In this document: piece after piece, positions 38,522 through 48,228 of the stretch
Numbering within the stretch: the stretch's first letter is position 1
Layout of the letters: each line of letters opens with the position of its first letter
Assembly (NCBI GenBank): GCA_947501605.1
Contig: CANMWZ010000006.1
Span: forward strand, 64,001 to 128,000
Length of the DNA: 64,000 nucleotides
Source: Planctomycetota bacterium
GTDB taxonomy: Bacteria; Planctomycetota; UBA1135; UBA2386
Reading direction: 5' to 3'
The notes under the pieces: generated by a model
What the model was told of the DNA's origin: nothing
The model's database searches: none
Seen by the model: only the letters and a program-made list of their open reading frames with translations
Made by a program: the position numbers and the translations under genes

Positions 38522-40060
38522 TCAGTTCTTCAGCAACGGCGTCACCATCGCGCCGAGTTTGCGCGCGATGCCGATGGCCGCATCCGTCGCTTCGATTTCG
38601 AGGAACGGCAGCCCGCCGTCGCGCGCCGCCAGGACTTCTGCCAACAGGTCCGCCGGCAGGCCGTCGTCGGCAACGAGCACCAGCGCGCTGCCGAGCTCGT
38701 CGCACAGGCGCCGCAAAGCCGCGATCGCTTCGCGCAGTTGTTGCGGCGACGACCGCGGCTTGCCAGTCACCGCATCGAGCGCGGCCTCGTCGCGCGGCAC
38801 ACCGAACACGACGACCTTTGGCTGGAAGGGACGAAAGAACCGATCCAGCATCCGTAGCTGCTGACCTGACCACCCATCGACCGTCGGCAGCGACACGACT
38901 TCAGGCGGCGGGACGCCCTTGTTGGTTGCGCGCAGCTCGCCGGTGAGCAGCGGCTCGATGTGCTGGTCCGGCGAACCGCCGCGCCCCCACAAGAGCTGCC
39001 CGCCGAGGAGGAAGACACGCGGGACGTCCCGTTCCAGGGTGTGGATCGCGCGCGGTCCGCGAATGCGGGCGGCCAGCGTCTCGGTGATCGTCTCGCGCGC
39101 CATCGGTCCGAAAACGGCGTCGAGCTCCTGCGTTGGCACCACGCGTTCTTGCAGCCCGCGACCTGCGATTGCGAGCACGCCCGATGTGAGCAGGAAGCCG
39201 ATCACGATGCACAGCCGCCGTGCGCGGCCACCGGCGAGGATTGCCAACGCGAGCGGCAAGCCGGCCAGTGCGGCGATCTGTTCCAGGATCAACTCGGGTT
39301 GCTGCAGCGGCAGCAGTGCGGAACCGGCCACCATCGCAAATGCGAGCGGCGCGGCGGTCAACGCGGCAGCAGAGCACAGCGCCATCGTCGGGCCAGACCG
39401 CCGCAGGATCGCAAGGGCGCTCAGCACGAGGCTTGAAGCTAGAGCCAGCAGCCAAGGTGACCACTGTCCCCCACGACTCTGCGGCACCACCGACATCGAG
39501 TTGATCGCGGCCGTTCCGCCGCGCGCAATCACCGCCAGGCTGCCGTGGTCGTCCTCGGCTGTGAACGGCGGCAGGTGCTTGCCCGCCACGCTTGCCGTGA
39601 GGACACGACCGCGCGCTTGCAGTTGAATCGTAGCCGGGATGCCGGCACCGAGCCGCACTCCGCCAACCTCCCCGAATAGCGCACTGGTCGGTGTATGCCA
39701 CGCATCGCCGCCTGTCGTTGTAGACAGTCGGAGCGCTGCAAATCGACTGTGGCCGGGCAACGACACGCCCTGCAGATAGCGCGGCTCGACGCGCCGCAAG
39801 ACGAGATCGACCTCGGCGCCTTCGCCCAGCTCGACATCCGCCAGCAGGTCGAAGTCCTCGCGCAACATCGGCAGCTCGAGCCACAGCGGCGGAGTCACCA
39901 ACATCGGGTCGCCCGGCTTCCGTTGCAGGCGGAAGACCTCACTGTGGATGCCGAGCTCGCCGAACTTGGGCTCGGGACGACGGCAGCTGGTGGCGAAGAG
40001 TCCGGCGGCGAAACCGGCAAGCGAGAGGATCGCAATCGCAGCGAGGTCTGTAGTGCGCAT
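38522..40060 (-). CDS. Hypothetical membrane protein with SGNH-like C-terminal domain
   Basis: N-terminal anchor, beta-rich domain, four TMs, RVFLLGGQLLWG and PKVVVFG. Confidence 0.55.
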   Translation of the reverse strand: MRTTDLAAIAILSLAGFAAGLFATSCRRPEPKFGELGIHSEVFRLQRKPGDPMLVTPPLWLELPMLREDFDLLADVELGEGAEVDLVLRRVEPRYLQGVSLPGHSRFAALRLSTTTGGDAWHTPTSALFGEVGGVRLGAGIPATIQLQARGRVLTASVAGKHLPPFTAEDDHGSLAVIARGGTAAINSMSVVPQSRGGQWSPWLLALASSLVLSALAILRRSGPTMALCSAAALTAAPLAFAMVAGSALLPLQQPELILEQIAALAGLPLALAILAGGRARRLCIVIGFLLTSGVLAIAGRGLQERVVPTQELDAVFGPMARETITETLAARIRGPRAIHTLERDVPRVFLLGGQLLWGRGGSPDQHIEPLLTGELRATNKGVPPPEVVSLPTVDGWSGQQLRMLDRFFRPFQPKVVVFGVPRDEAALDAVTGKPRSSPQQLREAIAALRRLCDELGSALVLVADDGLPADLLAEVLAARDGGLPFLEIEATDAAIGIARKLGAMVTPLLKN

Positions 40061-40140
40061 GAGCAGCGAGCCGGGGATGGTAGCGGGGACGACACGGCAC
40101 GCTCGTGTTTCGCTGCAGCTTCGACGCTACGTTCTTAAGT

Positions 40141-41256
40141 GTGTCGTCGTTGGAGCTAGCAACCGAACTCGCCGTCCTGCCGCACACGATCGCCGCCCGC
40201 GTGCGCATCGTGATCGAGCACGGTCGCATCGCGACCATCGACACCGAGAGACCATCGCCCAATGCCCGCTTCGTCGCTGGCACCCTGTTGCCGGGCTTGG
40301 TCGACCTGCAGGTGAATGGCGGCGGCGGTAGTAGCTGCGCTGAAGCCACGCCCGCGGCCCTCGCGACAGTCGCGCGTGCCGTCCTCGACGGCGGCGCGGT
40401 CGCGTTCTTGCCAACGCTGATCACGACGCCGTGGGATCAGTTGCTGGCGCAGGTCGCCGCGACCGCATCGTGGATCGAGTCGCAGCCCGACGCCGGCGCA
40501 ACGCCGCTCGGCATGCACGTGGAAGGTCCGTTCCTGGAAGTAGCGGGCGCCCACGACCGGACGGCGCTCCTTGAGCCGTCGCTGCCGCGCATCGAGGCCC
40601 TGCTGCAGGCCGCCCGCGGACACCTACGCTTACTGACGCTCGCGAGCAGTCGACCCGGCGCCGCGGCCGCCGTCGCGCGGTTGCGACAGGCCGGTGTGAC
40701 GGTAGCCCTCGGTCACGTCGCACAAACCGACGGCTTTGCCGCCTGCGTCGACGCCGGCGCGGCAATGGCCACGCACCTGTTCAACGCGATGGGCCCACTG
40801 CATCACCGGCAACCCGGAATCGCCGGCCTCAGTCTCGACGAAGATCGCCTCGCATGCGGCCTGATCGCCGATGGCGTTCATGTGCACCCAGCGATGCTCC
40901 GTAACGCCTACCGCGTACTCGGACCAGACCGCACCGTACTCGTGAGTGACTCCACGGCAGCGATGGGCATGCCGGACGGCATCTACCAACTCGCCAACGA
41001 GAGTGTTCAGAGCAGCGATGGAGTCGTTCGCGACCGGAACGGCAACCTCGCCGGCTCAGCGCTGACCATGGCGCGAGCGGCCCAGAACTTTCTGCTGATG
41101 GTGCCAATGGCCGGCAGCTTTGCCCTCGCCCGCGCGGCCGCCACCAACCCGGCTGCGCTCGTCGGCGCCAACGAGTTCGGTGCGATTGCCGTCGGCAAGC
41201 GCGCGGCCTTCGCCGTTCTCGCCGACGACGGCAGCGTGCGCGCCCTGCGCTGCTGA
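40141..41256 (+). CDS. nagA: N-acetylglucosamine-6-phosphate deacetylase
   Basis: PGLVDLQVNG, LPTLIT, GMHVEGPF, GAH, LGH, THLFNAM, DGVHVHP, VSDS, LAGS, NPA. Confidence 0.93.
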   Translation: MSSLELATELAVLPHTIAARVRIVIEHGRIATIDTERPSPNARFVAGTLLPGLVDLQVNGGGGSSCAEATPAALATVARAVLDGGAVAFLPTLITTPWDQLLAQVAATASWIESQPDAGATPLGMHVEGPFLEVAGAHDRTALLEPSLPRIEALLQAARGHLRLLTLASSRPGAAAAVARLRQAGVTVALGHVAQTDGFAACVDAGAAMATHLFNAMGPLHHRQPGIAGLSLDEDRLACGLIADGVHVHPAMLRNAYRVLGPDRTVLVSDSTAAMGMPDGIYQLANESVQSSDGVVRDRNGNLAGSALTMARAAQNFLLMVPMAGSFALARAAATNPAALVGANEFGAIAVGKRAAFAVLADDGSVRALRC

Positions 41257-41460
41257 GCCCGCCGCTGCTGGACTGCGGCACACCGCATCGTCTGGCTGTC
41301 GGCCCGCAGACCCTTCTGTCCGAATCCGAGGCCATGGCGCTGGCCGCGCGCCAAGGTCCAGGACCCTCAGTGGACGTGGTTTCCCGATTGGCCTGCGGGC
41401 GAAGCCGAGCACCGAAAGTCGAGCGCAGAGGGCGGACTCGTCGCGCAGCCCCTAGCTGCC

Positions 41461-41538
41461 GCGGCGAGTTCGCGGCGCGGCCATCGGCCACGTGCCGGCC
41501 GCAGCCGCTGGCGCTTTCTGAAACCACTTCTATGCTCC
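41461..41538 (+). repeat. ~80-bp dispersed repeat, copy B, ending in a -10-like TATGCT
   Basis: Homologous to 16895-16974. Confidence 0.75.
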
Positions 41539-41601
41539 GGGACCTATATCCCGTCCGTTCCTCCGGCACCGAAGCTCGCCACCTCACCCGGCGAGATCAC
41601 G

Positions 41602-43386
41602 ATGCAAACGACTCTATCGGCGCTGCTCACCGCAGCCATTCTCAGCAGCTTCGTTTCGGCTCAGTGCTCGACGCTGGCAAACACGCCATCGGGAACCAAT
41701 CTGCTGCTCGGCGACGACGCCGTCCGCACGGTCGGCCTTGGCTTCTCCTTTCCCTTCGCCGGTTCGCAGTACACCACCGTCTCGGTTTGCTCCAACGGCT
41801 ACGTCTGGCTCGGCGACGTCGCGGCCACCGCGTTCGGCGGCCTCGGCGCTGACTACTTCGACAACGAAGTCGACTTCCGGACCCTCGGCCCTCGCATCGC
41901 ACTGTGTTGGGACGACTGGAACCCGGCAGGCGGTGGCGCCGTGACGTTCGTCGGCAACGGTGCGCAGGCATCGATCGTCTGGAAGTCGGTGCCGCGGTTC
42001 GGCAACGTGGCGGTCCAGGCCAACATGGAGCTGGTGCTCCAGAGCACCGGGACAATCTTCCTCCGCTACGGCGCGACGATGTCAACGCCGGTGATGACCA
42101 GCATCGTCGGCATCAGTGGAGGTCAGGGCGCGCCCGCGAGTGCCCTTGACTGGAGCACTGTGTTGCCCGCGACGATCAACGCCGGAACGGGCTACGAGAC
42201 CTTCCTCGGCAACGGCTTCGACTTGGCCAACTCGACGATTCAGCTGCAGCCACTGACGTCTGCTGCAAACTCGCATTCGGGTGCGTTCGCGTCGATGTCG
42301 ACGTGCACCACAACTTCGTACCCGCAACTGGCGGGGGATCCCCTGCCCTACGGTGCTGGGTGCCCGACGCAGTCGATCTCGGCTCCGAGCGCGATCTACG
42401 AGTTGTTCACGCCGACTGGCGGCGCCAACCCGACCGACCTGTCGTTGCGCAGCATCCAGTTCACTCGCGCCGGCAACGTCTACACCACGCAGCAAGGCCC
42501 AGGCCTCGACACCAGCTACCTCGTATTGGGTACGGCGGTGCCGATGAGTGACGAAGTCATGGTTCGGAACCTCACGGCTGGCCCGATGGGTTCGTTCCCG
42601 TTCGGTTCCCTAGCGGTGACCAGCTTCGGCGCCAGCGACAACGGCTACCTCGATCTGCAGGGCAACATCGCCTCCGAGTTCCAGCCGCTCGTCAACGACA
42701 TGCTCGGTGTCAACGGCGAAGGCGCACGCATCGCGCCGCATTGGAGCGACTACGACCTGTCGGCGGCGGGCGCCTTCTACTGGTCGAACAACGACCCATC
42801 CTTCTGCATGGCGACGTGGGATGGCGTCCCTGGCTACTCGCAGCCCGGCACATCGAGCACCTTCCAGGCCAAGATGTTTGCCAACGGTGACATTGTCTTC
42901 AGCTATGGCTCGGTGTCTTCGCTGTTCGACGACGTCATCGCCGGCATCTCGATGGGTAACAACGCCGTCGATCCCAGGCCCACGGACCTCAGCCAAGCGA
43001 TCGTCGCGGCCGTCGTTCGGAACCTCGGCAATCTGACGTTGCCGCTGTCGCATCGAGCGCTCGGTCGCCCGTCGATCAACACGACGTTCACGCTGACGGC
43101 AACCAATGTCCCACCGGGCGGAACCCTGGGACTGTTCGTTCTCAGCGGCGTGCAAGCGAACAGCCCAATCTCGCCGAGCGCTCCAGGCTGCACCATCTAC
43201 GTCGGCCTCGACGACACCTACGTGGCGGTGCTGAACGGAACCTCCACCTTCGAGCAGCCGCTGGCGATCCCGCCCGTGCCGGCCTTCGTGGGCGTCACCA
43301 TCTACACGCAGGCAGCCGTGTTCGCGCCCGCAAACCCGTTCGGCGTGGTCAGCAGCAACGGCTTGGCGTGGACCATCGGGCTGTAG
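41602..43386 (+). CDS. Secreted protein with two nidogen(NIDO)-like repeats and conserved C-terminal domain
   Basis: Signal peptide ..SFVSA-Q; repeats FSFPFAG...SNGY...RIALCWDD and SFPFGS...DNGY...RIAPHWSD; C-terminal APGC...QAAV...NPFGVVSSNG. Confidence 0.8.
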   Translation: MQTTLSALLTAAILSSFVSAQCSTLANTPSGTNLLLGDDAVRTVGLGFSFPFAGSQYTTVSVCSNGYVWLGDVAATAFGGLGADYFDNEVDFRTLGPRIALCWDDWNPAGGGAVTFVGNGAQASIVWKSVPRFGNVAVQANMELVLQSTGTIFLRYGATMSTPVMTSIVGISGGQGAPASALDWSTVLPATINAGTGYETFLGNGFDLANSTIQLQPLTSAANSHSGAFASMSTCTTTSYPQLAGDPLPYGAGCPTQSISAPSAIYELFTPTGGANPTDLSLRSIQFTRAGNVYTTQQGPGLDTSYLVLGTAVPMSDEVMVRNLTAGPMGSFPFGSLAVTSFGASDNGYLDLQGNIASEFQPLVNDMLGVNGEGARIAPHWSDYDLSAAGAFYWSNNDPSFCMATWDGVPGYSQPGTSSTFQAKMFANGDIVFSYGSVSSLFDDVIAGISMGNNAVDPRPTDLSQAIVAAVVRNLGNLTLPLSHRALGRPSINTTFTLTATNVPPGGTLGLFVLSGVQANSPISPSAPGCTIYVGLDDTYVAVLNGTSTFEQPLAIPPVPAFVGVTIYTQAAVFAPANPFGVVSSNGLAWTIGL

Positions 43387-43434
43387 CCCGTCAGCAACTC
43401 GGGCTGTAGCCCGTCCGCAACGGCTGTGAGCCCG
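43376..43434. repeat. 23-bp tandem repeat of a palindromic unit overlapping the stop codon
   Basis: TCGGGCTGTAGCCCGTCAGCAAC / TCGGGCTGTAGCCCGTCCGCAAC / partial GGCTGTGAGCCCG. Confidence 0.85.
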
Positions 43435-43487
43435 CGCCATACTCGGGCCCGCTGAAGCTCTGGCCCGCTGCGTCGACAGACGCACGG

Positions 43488-45050
43488 TCAGCGCGCGGCG
43501 ACAGCGACTGCGACATCGACCAGCCCGCCGGTCAGATGCGCGACCTCGCGTTCGAGCAAACTGGCTGCCGCGTCGAACACACCGTCAATCGCAGTGCCGC
43601 GCTCCATCACGAACAGGTCGTGAGCTCGGCGCAGACATTCTCGTCGCATGCACGGCCCCTGGAGGTGGACCAATCGCCGCAGCATCAAGTCCGAGAACGT
43701 GACTGCCGCCAATTCGCGCAGCGCATAGATGGCCTCGACCGCAAGCAACGGCCGATGGGCACAGAGAGGTTCGAGCCAGTGCGGCTCACGACGGGCCAGT
43801 TCGCGCAACTGCGGCGCACGACTGCCGTGCCTCCACCACAGTGGGTCGCGAACATCGCGGGCGCCGTCGCCACCGGGAAGCGCCGTCGTGCGTGTCGGCG
43901 AGTCGTCGCCGCGAATGCCGAAGATCTGCGCGATCGAGCGCTCGGCGAATGCGCGGTGGGTCGTCAACTTGCCGCCAACTGCGGTGTGAAGTTCGCCGCT
44001 GGTGACCGACTCACGCACCAGGAAAGCCTCGCGATTGAGCGCGCCAGCGGGGCCTCTGCCGGCTGGGAGCGACCGCCATCCGCAGTAGGCAAAGCGCACA
44101 TCGCCAACGGTCGGCGCGGGATCGAGCAGGTAGCCGAGAGCCTCGAGGAGATAGCGCAGATCGGCTTCGGGCACCGTCGGGTCGGCTTCGGTCACATCTT
44201 CGTCGATGTCGGTCGTACCGGTGACGGTCCCGTCTTGGTGCGGCACGACGAACTGGATCCGGCGATCGGGCAGAAACGCGGCCAACGAGGTCTCGCCTGG
44301 ACGCGCGTCGAGGATCAGGTGGCTGCCTCGACTCGTGCGCACGAGGTTGCTGCCCTCGAGCGCAAACAAGCGTCGCACTGCGTCGGCGCGTGGGCCGCCG
44401 GCGTTGACCACGTGCTTGCTACGCACGACGACTTCGGCGCCCGTCACGCCGTCGCGCAACTGCAACGCCCCGTCGGGTGTGGCACCGAGCAACTCGCAAT
44501 GGTTGCTGACGCGAGCACCGGCCTCGACAGCGGCCACGACGTTGGCCAGCGTCAATCGAGCGTCGCTGGTAGCGGCGTCGTAGTACTGGACCGCGCCGCG
44601 CAGGCCCCGCGAGCGCAGGCCAGGAAACGCCGCCAACGCCTGTTTGCCACTCATACGTCGCGGACTTGGCATCGTGCTGCGGCCGCTGAGCCAGGAGTAG
44701 GCATGAACGCCCAGCCAAGCCAGGAATCTCGAGCCACCGCTGTCGGGATAGAACGGCAACAGCACCGGCAACGGCCGTACGAGATGCGGTGCGAGCCGCA
44801 ACAGCCGTTCGCGCTCATGCAGCGCCTCTCGGACCAAGCTGAAATGGGCCTGTTGCAGGTAGCGCAAACCGCCGTGCACGAGCCGTGAACTGCGCGAACT
44901 CGTGCCGATGGCGAAGTCGCGGGCCTCTACCAGCAGTGTCGACAGGCCACGCATCGCAGCCTCGCGCGCGATCGCCGCGCCTTGGATTCCACCGCCGACA
45001 ACCAGTAGGTCGAAGGTCTTGCCGTTCAGCTCGCGAGGATCGGTGCGCAC
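43488..45050 (-). CDS. glpD: Glycerol-3-phosphate dehydrogenase/oxidase (FAD)
   Basis: VVGGGIQG, DFAIGTSSRSSRLVHGGLRYL, DARL, NAGGP, GSHL, GTTD, GGKLTTHR. Confidence 0.92.
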   Translation of the reverse strand: MRTDPRELNGKTFDLLVVGGGIQGAAIAREAAMRGLSTLLVEARDFAIGTSSRSSRLVHGGLRYLQQAHFSLVREALHERERLLRLAPHLVRPLPVLLPFYPDSGGSRFLAWLGVHAYSWLSGRSTMPSPRRMSGKQALAAFPGLRSRGLRGAVQYYDAATSDARLTLANVVAAVEAGARVSNHCELLGATPDGALQLRDGVTGAEVVVRSKHVVNAGGPRADAVRRLFALEGSNLVRTSRGSHLILDARPGETSLAAFLPDRRIQFVVPHQDGTVTGTTDIDEDVTEADPTVPEADLRYLLEALGYLLDPAPTVGDVRFAYCGWRSLPAGRGPAGALNREAFLVRESVTSGELHTAVGGKLTTHRAFAERSIAQIFGIRGDDSPTRTTALPGGDGARDVRDPLWWRHGSRAPQLRELARREPHWLEPLCAHRPLLAVEAIYALRELAAVTFSDLMLRRLVHLQGPCMRRECLRRAHDLFVMERGTAIDGVFDAAASLLEREVAHLTGGLVDVAVAVAAR

Positions 45051-45099
45051 GCGCGGATTGTGCCGGTTCGAGGCCGCGACTCCAATCGCGACGCTTGGT

Positions 45100-46509
45100 T
45101 CATCGCATCCGTTGCGCCAGCTTCTTCCACGTCGATGCACTGCCGCCTTGTCGCAGCTCGAGTCCGGAGCAGGCCCCGCCGTCCACTTGGAATGCGACCG
45201 TAGCCTGCACTTGCCGGTAGAAGAACTCGGTCTCGGAGCGCGCGAACAGACGCAGCGACGGTTGCCCCGAGATCTGCGCATAGAGCCCGCGCTCGCGCAC
45301 TGTGACCGCCATCGCAACTCCGTCTTTCACCTCATAGACGCCGACATAGCGCTGCAGAGTCTCGCGATCGACCGCAACGGGCCGTTCGAGCTTCAGCGGC
45401 TTCGGCTCGCCACCGCCGAGCAGCATCAACACGCGTTCGCCTAGTGCGTCGACGGTCGCAGTCGCGGTGTTGCAGAGGATGCAGATGGCGCGAGCCTTGC
45501 CCGGTTGCACTGCGAGATAGCTGTGGAAGCCCCCGGTTTCGCCGTTGTGCCAGAGCACTGCGCCACCCCGCGCAAGGTGCCAGCCGAGGGCGATCCCAGC
45601 ACCTCCGGGCAGCTCCTTTTGCTTCTCGTGCGAACGCGCGATCGACTTGGCAAGGCCCGCATCGGCCGGCGTCGAGCACTGCGCGCTCGCGAAGGCGAGC
45701 ATGTCGCGCATGGTCGAACGGATCCCGCCGGCGCCAGCAAGTGCGGCGAGGTCCCATTCGTGATCGGACGCTAGGTCGGCGGCGAAGGGCGGTGCAAACC
45801 GCTCGCGCAGCACGGGCGTCAACTCCACCACCGTATCTGCCATCGACAGCGGCCCGGTGACGCGTTGCGCCAACAGCGCCTCAAACGAAGCAACACCAGC
45901 TCGATCGACCAGGAGCTGGCCGAGCAAGCCGGCAGCGAGATTGCTGTACTCGTAGGTGCTGCCGGGCTCGTTGCGCAACAGCGACTTGGACGCTGCGGCG
46001 TAGACCGCGACCCGATCCATGTGTGCGTACGGGTTCTGCGGATCCGGCGACTCGCCATCAGGCAGACGCGGCAAGCCGGAGACGTGCGCCGACAGATGCC
46101 AAAGCAGCACTTCGTTGACCTCGGTTCGCGGCAGGGTGATGCCCGCGGGCAGCCACTTCTGCACCCGGTCGTCCGCCGCGACTTCGCCGCGCGTGATCGC
46201 ATCGGCAAGCAAGAGGCCCGTGAACACCTTGCTGATGGAACCGATCTCGTAGACCGTCGCGGCGTCGGGAGCGCGGTCGCTGCTTGGGTCGACGCGACCG
46301 TAGCCGCGAACCAGGGATGCGTCACCGTCGACGATGCCGACAACGAACCCCACCGCCACTTCGGCGTCGACGAGCGGCTGGCACAGCACATCGAGGCGGG
46401 CGGCAAACTGAGCCGCTAGTACGCCGGCACTCGTCGATCCCTGCTGAGGATCTTGGGCGACGATGATCGAGAATGAACTCAGCCAGAACGCCAACGTGGA
46501 CCTGCGCAT
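45100..46509 (-). CDS. Serine hydrolase (beta-lactamase/AmpC-like) with C-terminal DUF3471-like domain
   Basis: EIGSISKVFT (SxxK), YEYSN, WHNGETGGF; signal peptide. Confidence 0.9.
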   Translation of the reverse strand: MRRSTLAFWLSSFSIIVAQDPQQGSTSAGVLAAQFAARLDVLCQPLVDAEVAVGFVVGIVDGDASLVRGYGRVDPSSDRAPDAATVYEIGSISKVFTGLLLADAITRGEVAADDRVQKWLPAGITLPRTEVNEVLLWHLSAHVSGLPRLPDGESPDPQNPYAHMDRVAVYAAASKSLLRNEPGSTYEYSNLAAGLLGQLLVDRAGVASFEALLAQRVTGPLSMADTVVELTPVLRERFAPPFAADLASDHEWDLAALAGAGGIRSTMRDMLAFASAQCSTPADAGLAKSIARSHEKQKELPGGAGIALGWHLARGGAVLWHNGETGGFHSYLAVQPGKARAICILCNTATATVDALGERVLMLLGGGEPKPLKLERPVAVDRETLQRYVGVYEVKDGVAMAVTVRERGLYAQISGQPSLRLFARSETEFFYRQVQATVAFQVDGGACSGLELRQGGSASTWKKLAQRMR

Positions 46510-46554
46510 GCATCGATCGTGCCCGAAGTTCGGGACGCGGTCACGCACGCCTTG

Positions 46555-48228
46555 TCACCGTGGCGCTTCCAGGACTTGGTGGGCCGCGCGCAAGCGCTGG
46601 CTGAGCTCGGGGTACGGCACGTCCTGCACGGGCAGATTGCGTTCGATCGCGATGTCAGCCGCGATCATCGCCGACTGTGCCAGCACCATGAACACGGGCT
46701 CCATGCGGATCGAGCCGAACGCGATGTGGCTCGCCGAGACGCAGACCGGAACCAGCAAGTTGTTGCAGTCAGCGCGGCGCGGCAGCAGCGCGCGGTATGG
46801 AATGCCATAGGGCTTCCGCACTCGCACCTGGACGTCCCCTTCGTTTCTGACCGCGCCGTTCACGACGTGGCGACGCACGTTGTGGCTGTCCATCGCGTAG
46901 GCGCCGAGACCGACCGGATCGGGTTCGACGCGCGCGCCGGTGCAGTGCGACTCGGTGACGACCACTTCGCCCAGTAGGCGCCGCGCCTCGCGCACGTAGA
47001 CCAGCGGCGGCCAGTTTTGCGTGGCGACAAACTCGTCCTTGGCGAGGCCGTAGCGTTGGAACTCGCTTCGCACCGAGAATGGCACGCGCGGATGGTTTGC
47101 CAGCGTCCACATCAGCCCCTGCTGGTAGTCGCGGTGCGCGGCGACAATGCGGTCCCGCTCGGCGTAGCTGGCCTCGGGATAGCCCCAATTGAGGCCGATC
47201 GCGTCGGTCGAGAACGCGCCGTTGTTGTTGCTGTCGGTCTTGCGGTTGGGCATCGGCACTGGGTGCCAGGGCGCCATCGTGTTGCCGGCATCGAACCAAC
47301 GGAGCAGGAGCTCGAAGGCGCGCTCGTCGTAGGCTGCGGGCTTTGGCCAGGCAGCGCGATTCTGTGGATCATCCGTCGCACAGAGGCGGTAGCAGTATGC
47401 CTGCACGCGCCGATCCTGGGTGCCATCGGGCTCGTCCTCGCTCGCGTCGATGCCTGGCAGCAGGCCGCTCGCAGGGTCCGTCGGCCGCACATACGGATCG
47501 ACGCGCTGCGCGAACTGGTGCTTCTCTGCCTGCCACACGGCAACGCCGTTCAGCGTCTCGCCGTAGGTCGCATTGGCTTCGCGGCCGACGACCGAGCCGC
47601 AACCGGCAGCCGCCATCAGGTCGCCTTCGTACGAGCAATCGAGAAACACGCGAGCGCGAATCCTGCGGCCCTTCTCCGTCGTGATCTCCTCGAGTCGGGC
47701 GCCGGACTTCGTGGTTCCGACGGGGGATCGGTCGATGCGGTCGACGATCGGTTCGAGGCCCGCTTGCGCCAGCATGCGCGCAAACTCGGCGCTGGCGACC
47801 CGAGGCTCGAAGGTGAATGCCACATCGCGGCCCTTCTCCTGGCCGCGCCCGGAGAACTTGTCGCGGGGTTCTCGAGTCCAGCTTGCGGCGTCGTCGTAGT
47901 GACGACGCAAGCCGCGGTAGAACTCGCGCGTGAGCCCGCCGATCGCCGCGTCGGCCCCGACATCCGTGGCACCGAGCCCGGCGGTCGTCATGCCCCCGAT
48001 CCAGGCGTCGCAGTCGACCAATACGACGCTGCGATGCAACCGCTGCGCCTGGACTGCCGCGATGATGCCGGCGGAAGTTGCGCCATAGACGCACACATCG
48101 ACTTCGAGCACATCCGCCCGGCGCAACCGCGATGCACAGGACCCGAACAGGACGGCGACGACGGCGGCGAATGCGGCGAATGAGCCAACCCCCCGGCGCG
48201 ACCACAGGGACACTTCAGCTGCGGCCAA
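46555..48228 (-). CDS. FAD-dependent oxidoreductase (lipoprotein-like)
   Basis: VYGATSAG, IGGM, DCSYEGDLMA, GRE, QAYCYRLC, YVREARRL, YGIPYRALLP, SASHIAFGSIRMEP. Confidence 0.88.
   Translation of the reverse strand: MAAAEVSLWSRRGVGSFAAFAAVVAVLFGSCASRLRRADVLEVDVCVYGATSAGIIAAVQAQRLHRSVVLVDCDAWIGGMTTAGLGATDVGADAAIGGLTREFYRGLRRHYDDAASWTREPRDKFSGRGQEKGRDVAFTFEPRVASAEFARMLAQAGLEPIVDRIDRSPVGTTKSGARLEEITTEKGRRIRARVFLDCSYEGDLMAAAGCGSVVGREANATYGETLNGVAVWQAEKHQFAQRVDPYVRPTDPASGLLPGIDASEDEPDGTQDRRVQAYCYRLCATDDPQNRAAWPKPAAYDERAFELLLRWFDAGNTMAPWHPVPMPNRKTDSNNNGAFSTDAIGLNWGYPEASYAERDRIVAAHRDYQQGLMWTLANHPRVPFSVRSEFQRYGLAKDEFVATQNWPPLVYVREARRLLGEVVVTESHCTGARVEPDPVGLGAYAMDSHNVRRHVVNGAVRNEGDVQVRVRKPYGIPYRALLPRRADCNNLLVPVCVSASHIAFGSIRMEPVFMVLAQSAMIAADIAIERNLPVQDVPYPELSQRLRAAHQVLEAPR

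Noticed and set aside
43376..43434. Possible mini-CRISPR array (palindromic repeats)
   Set aside because: The units are directly adjacent with no unique 25-45 nt spacers, and there are no cas genes in the window.
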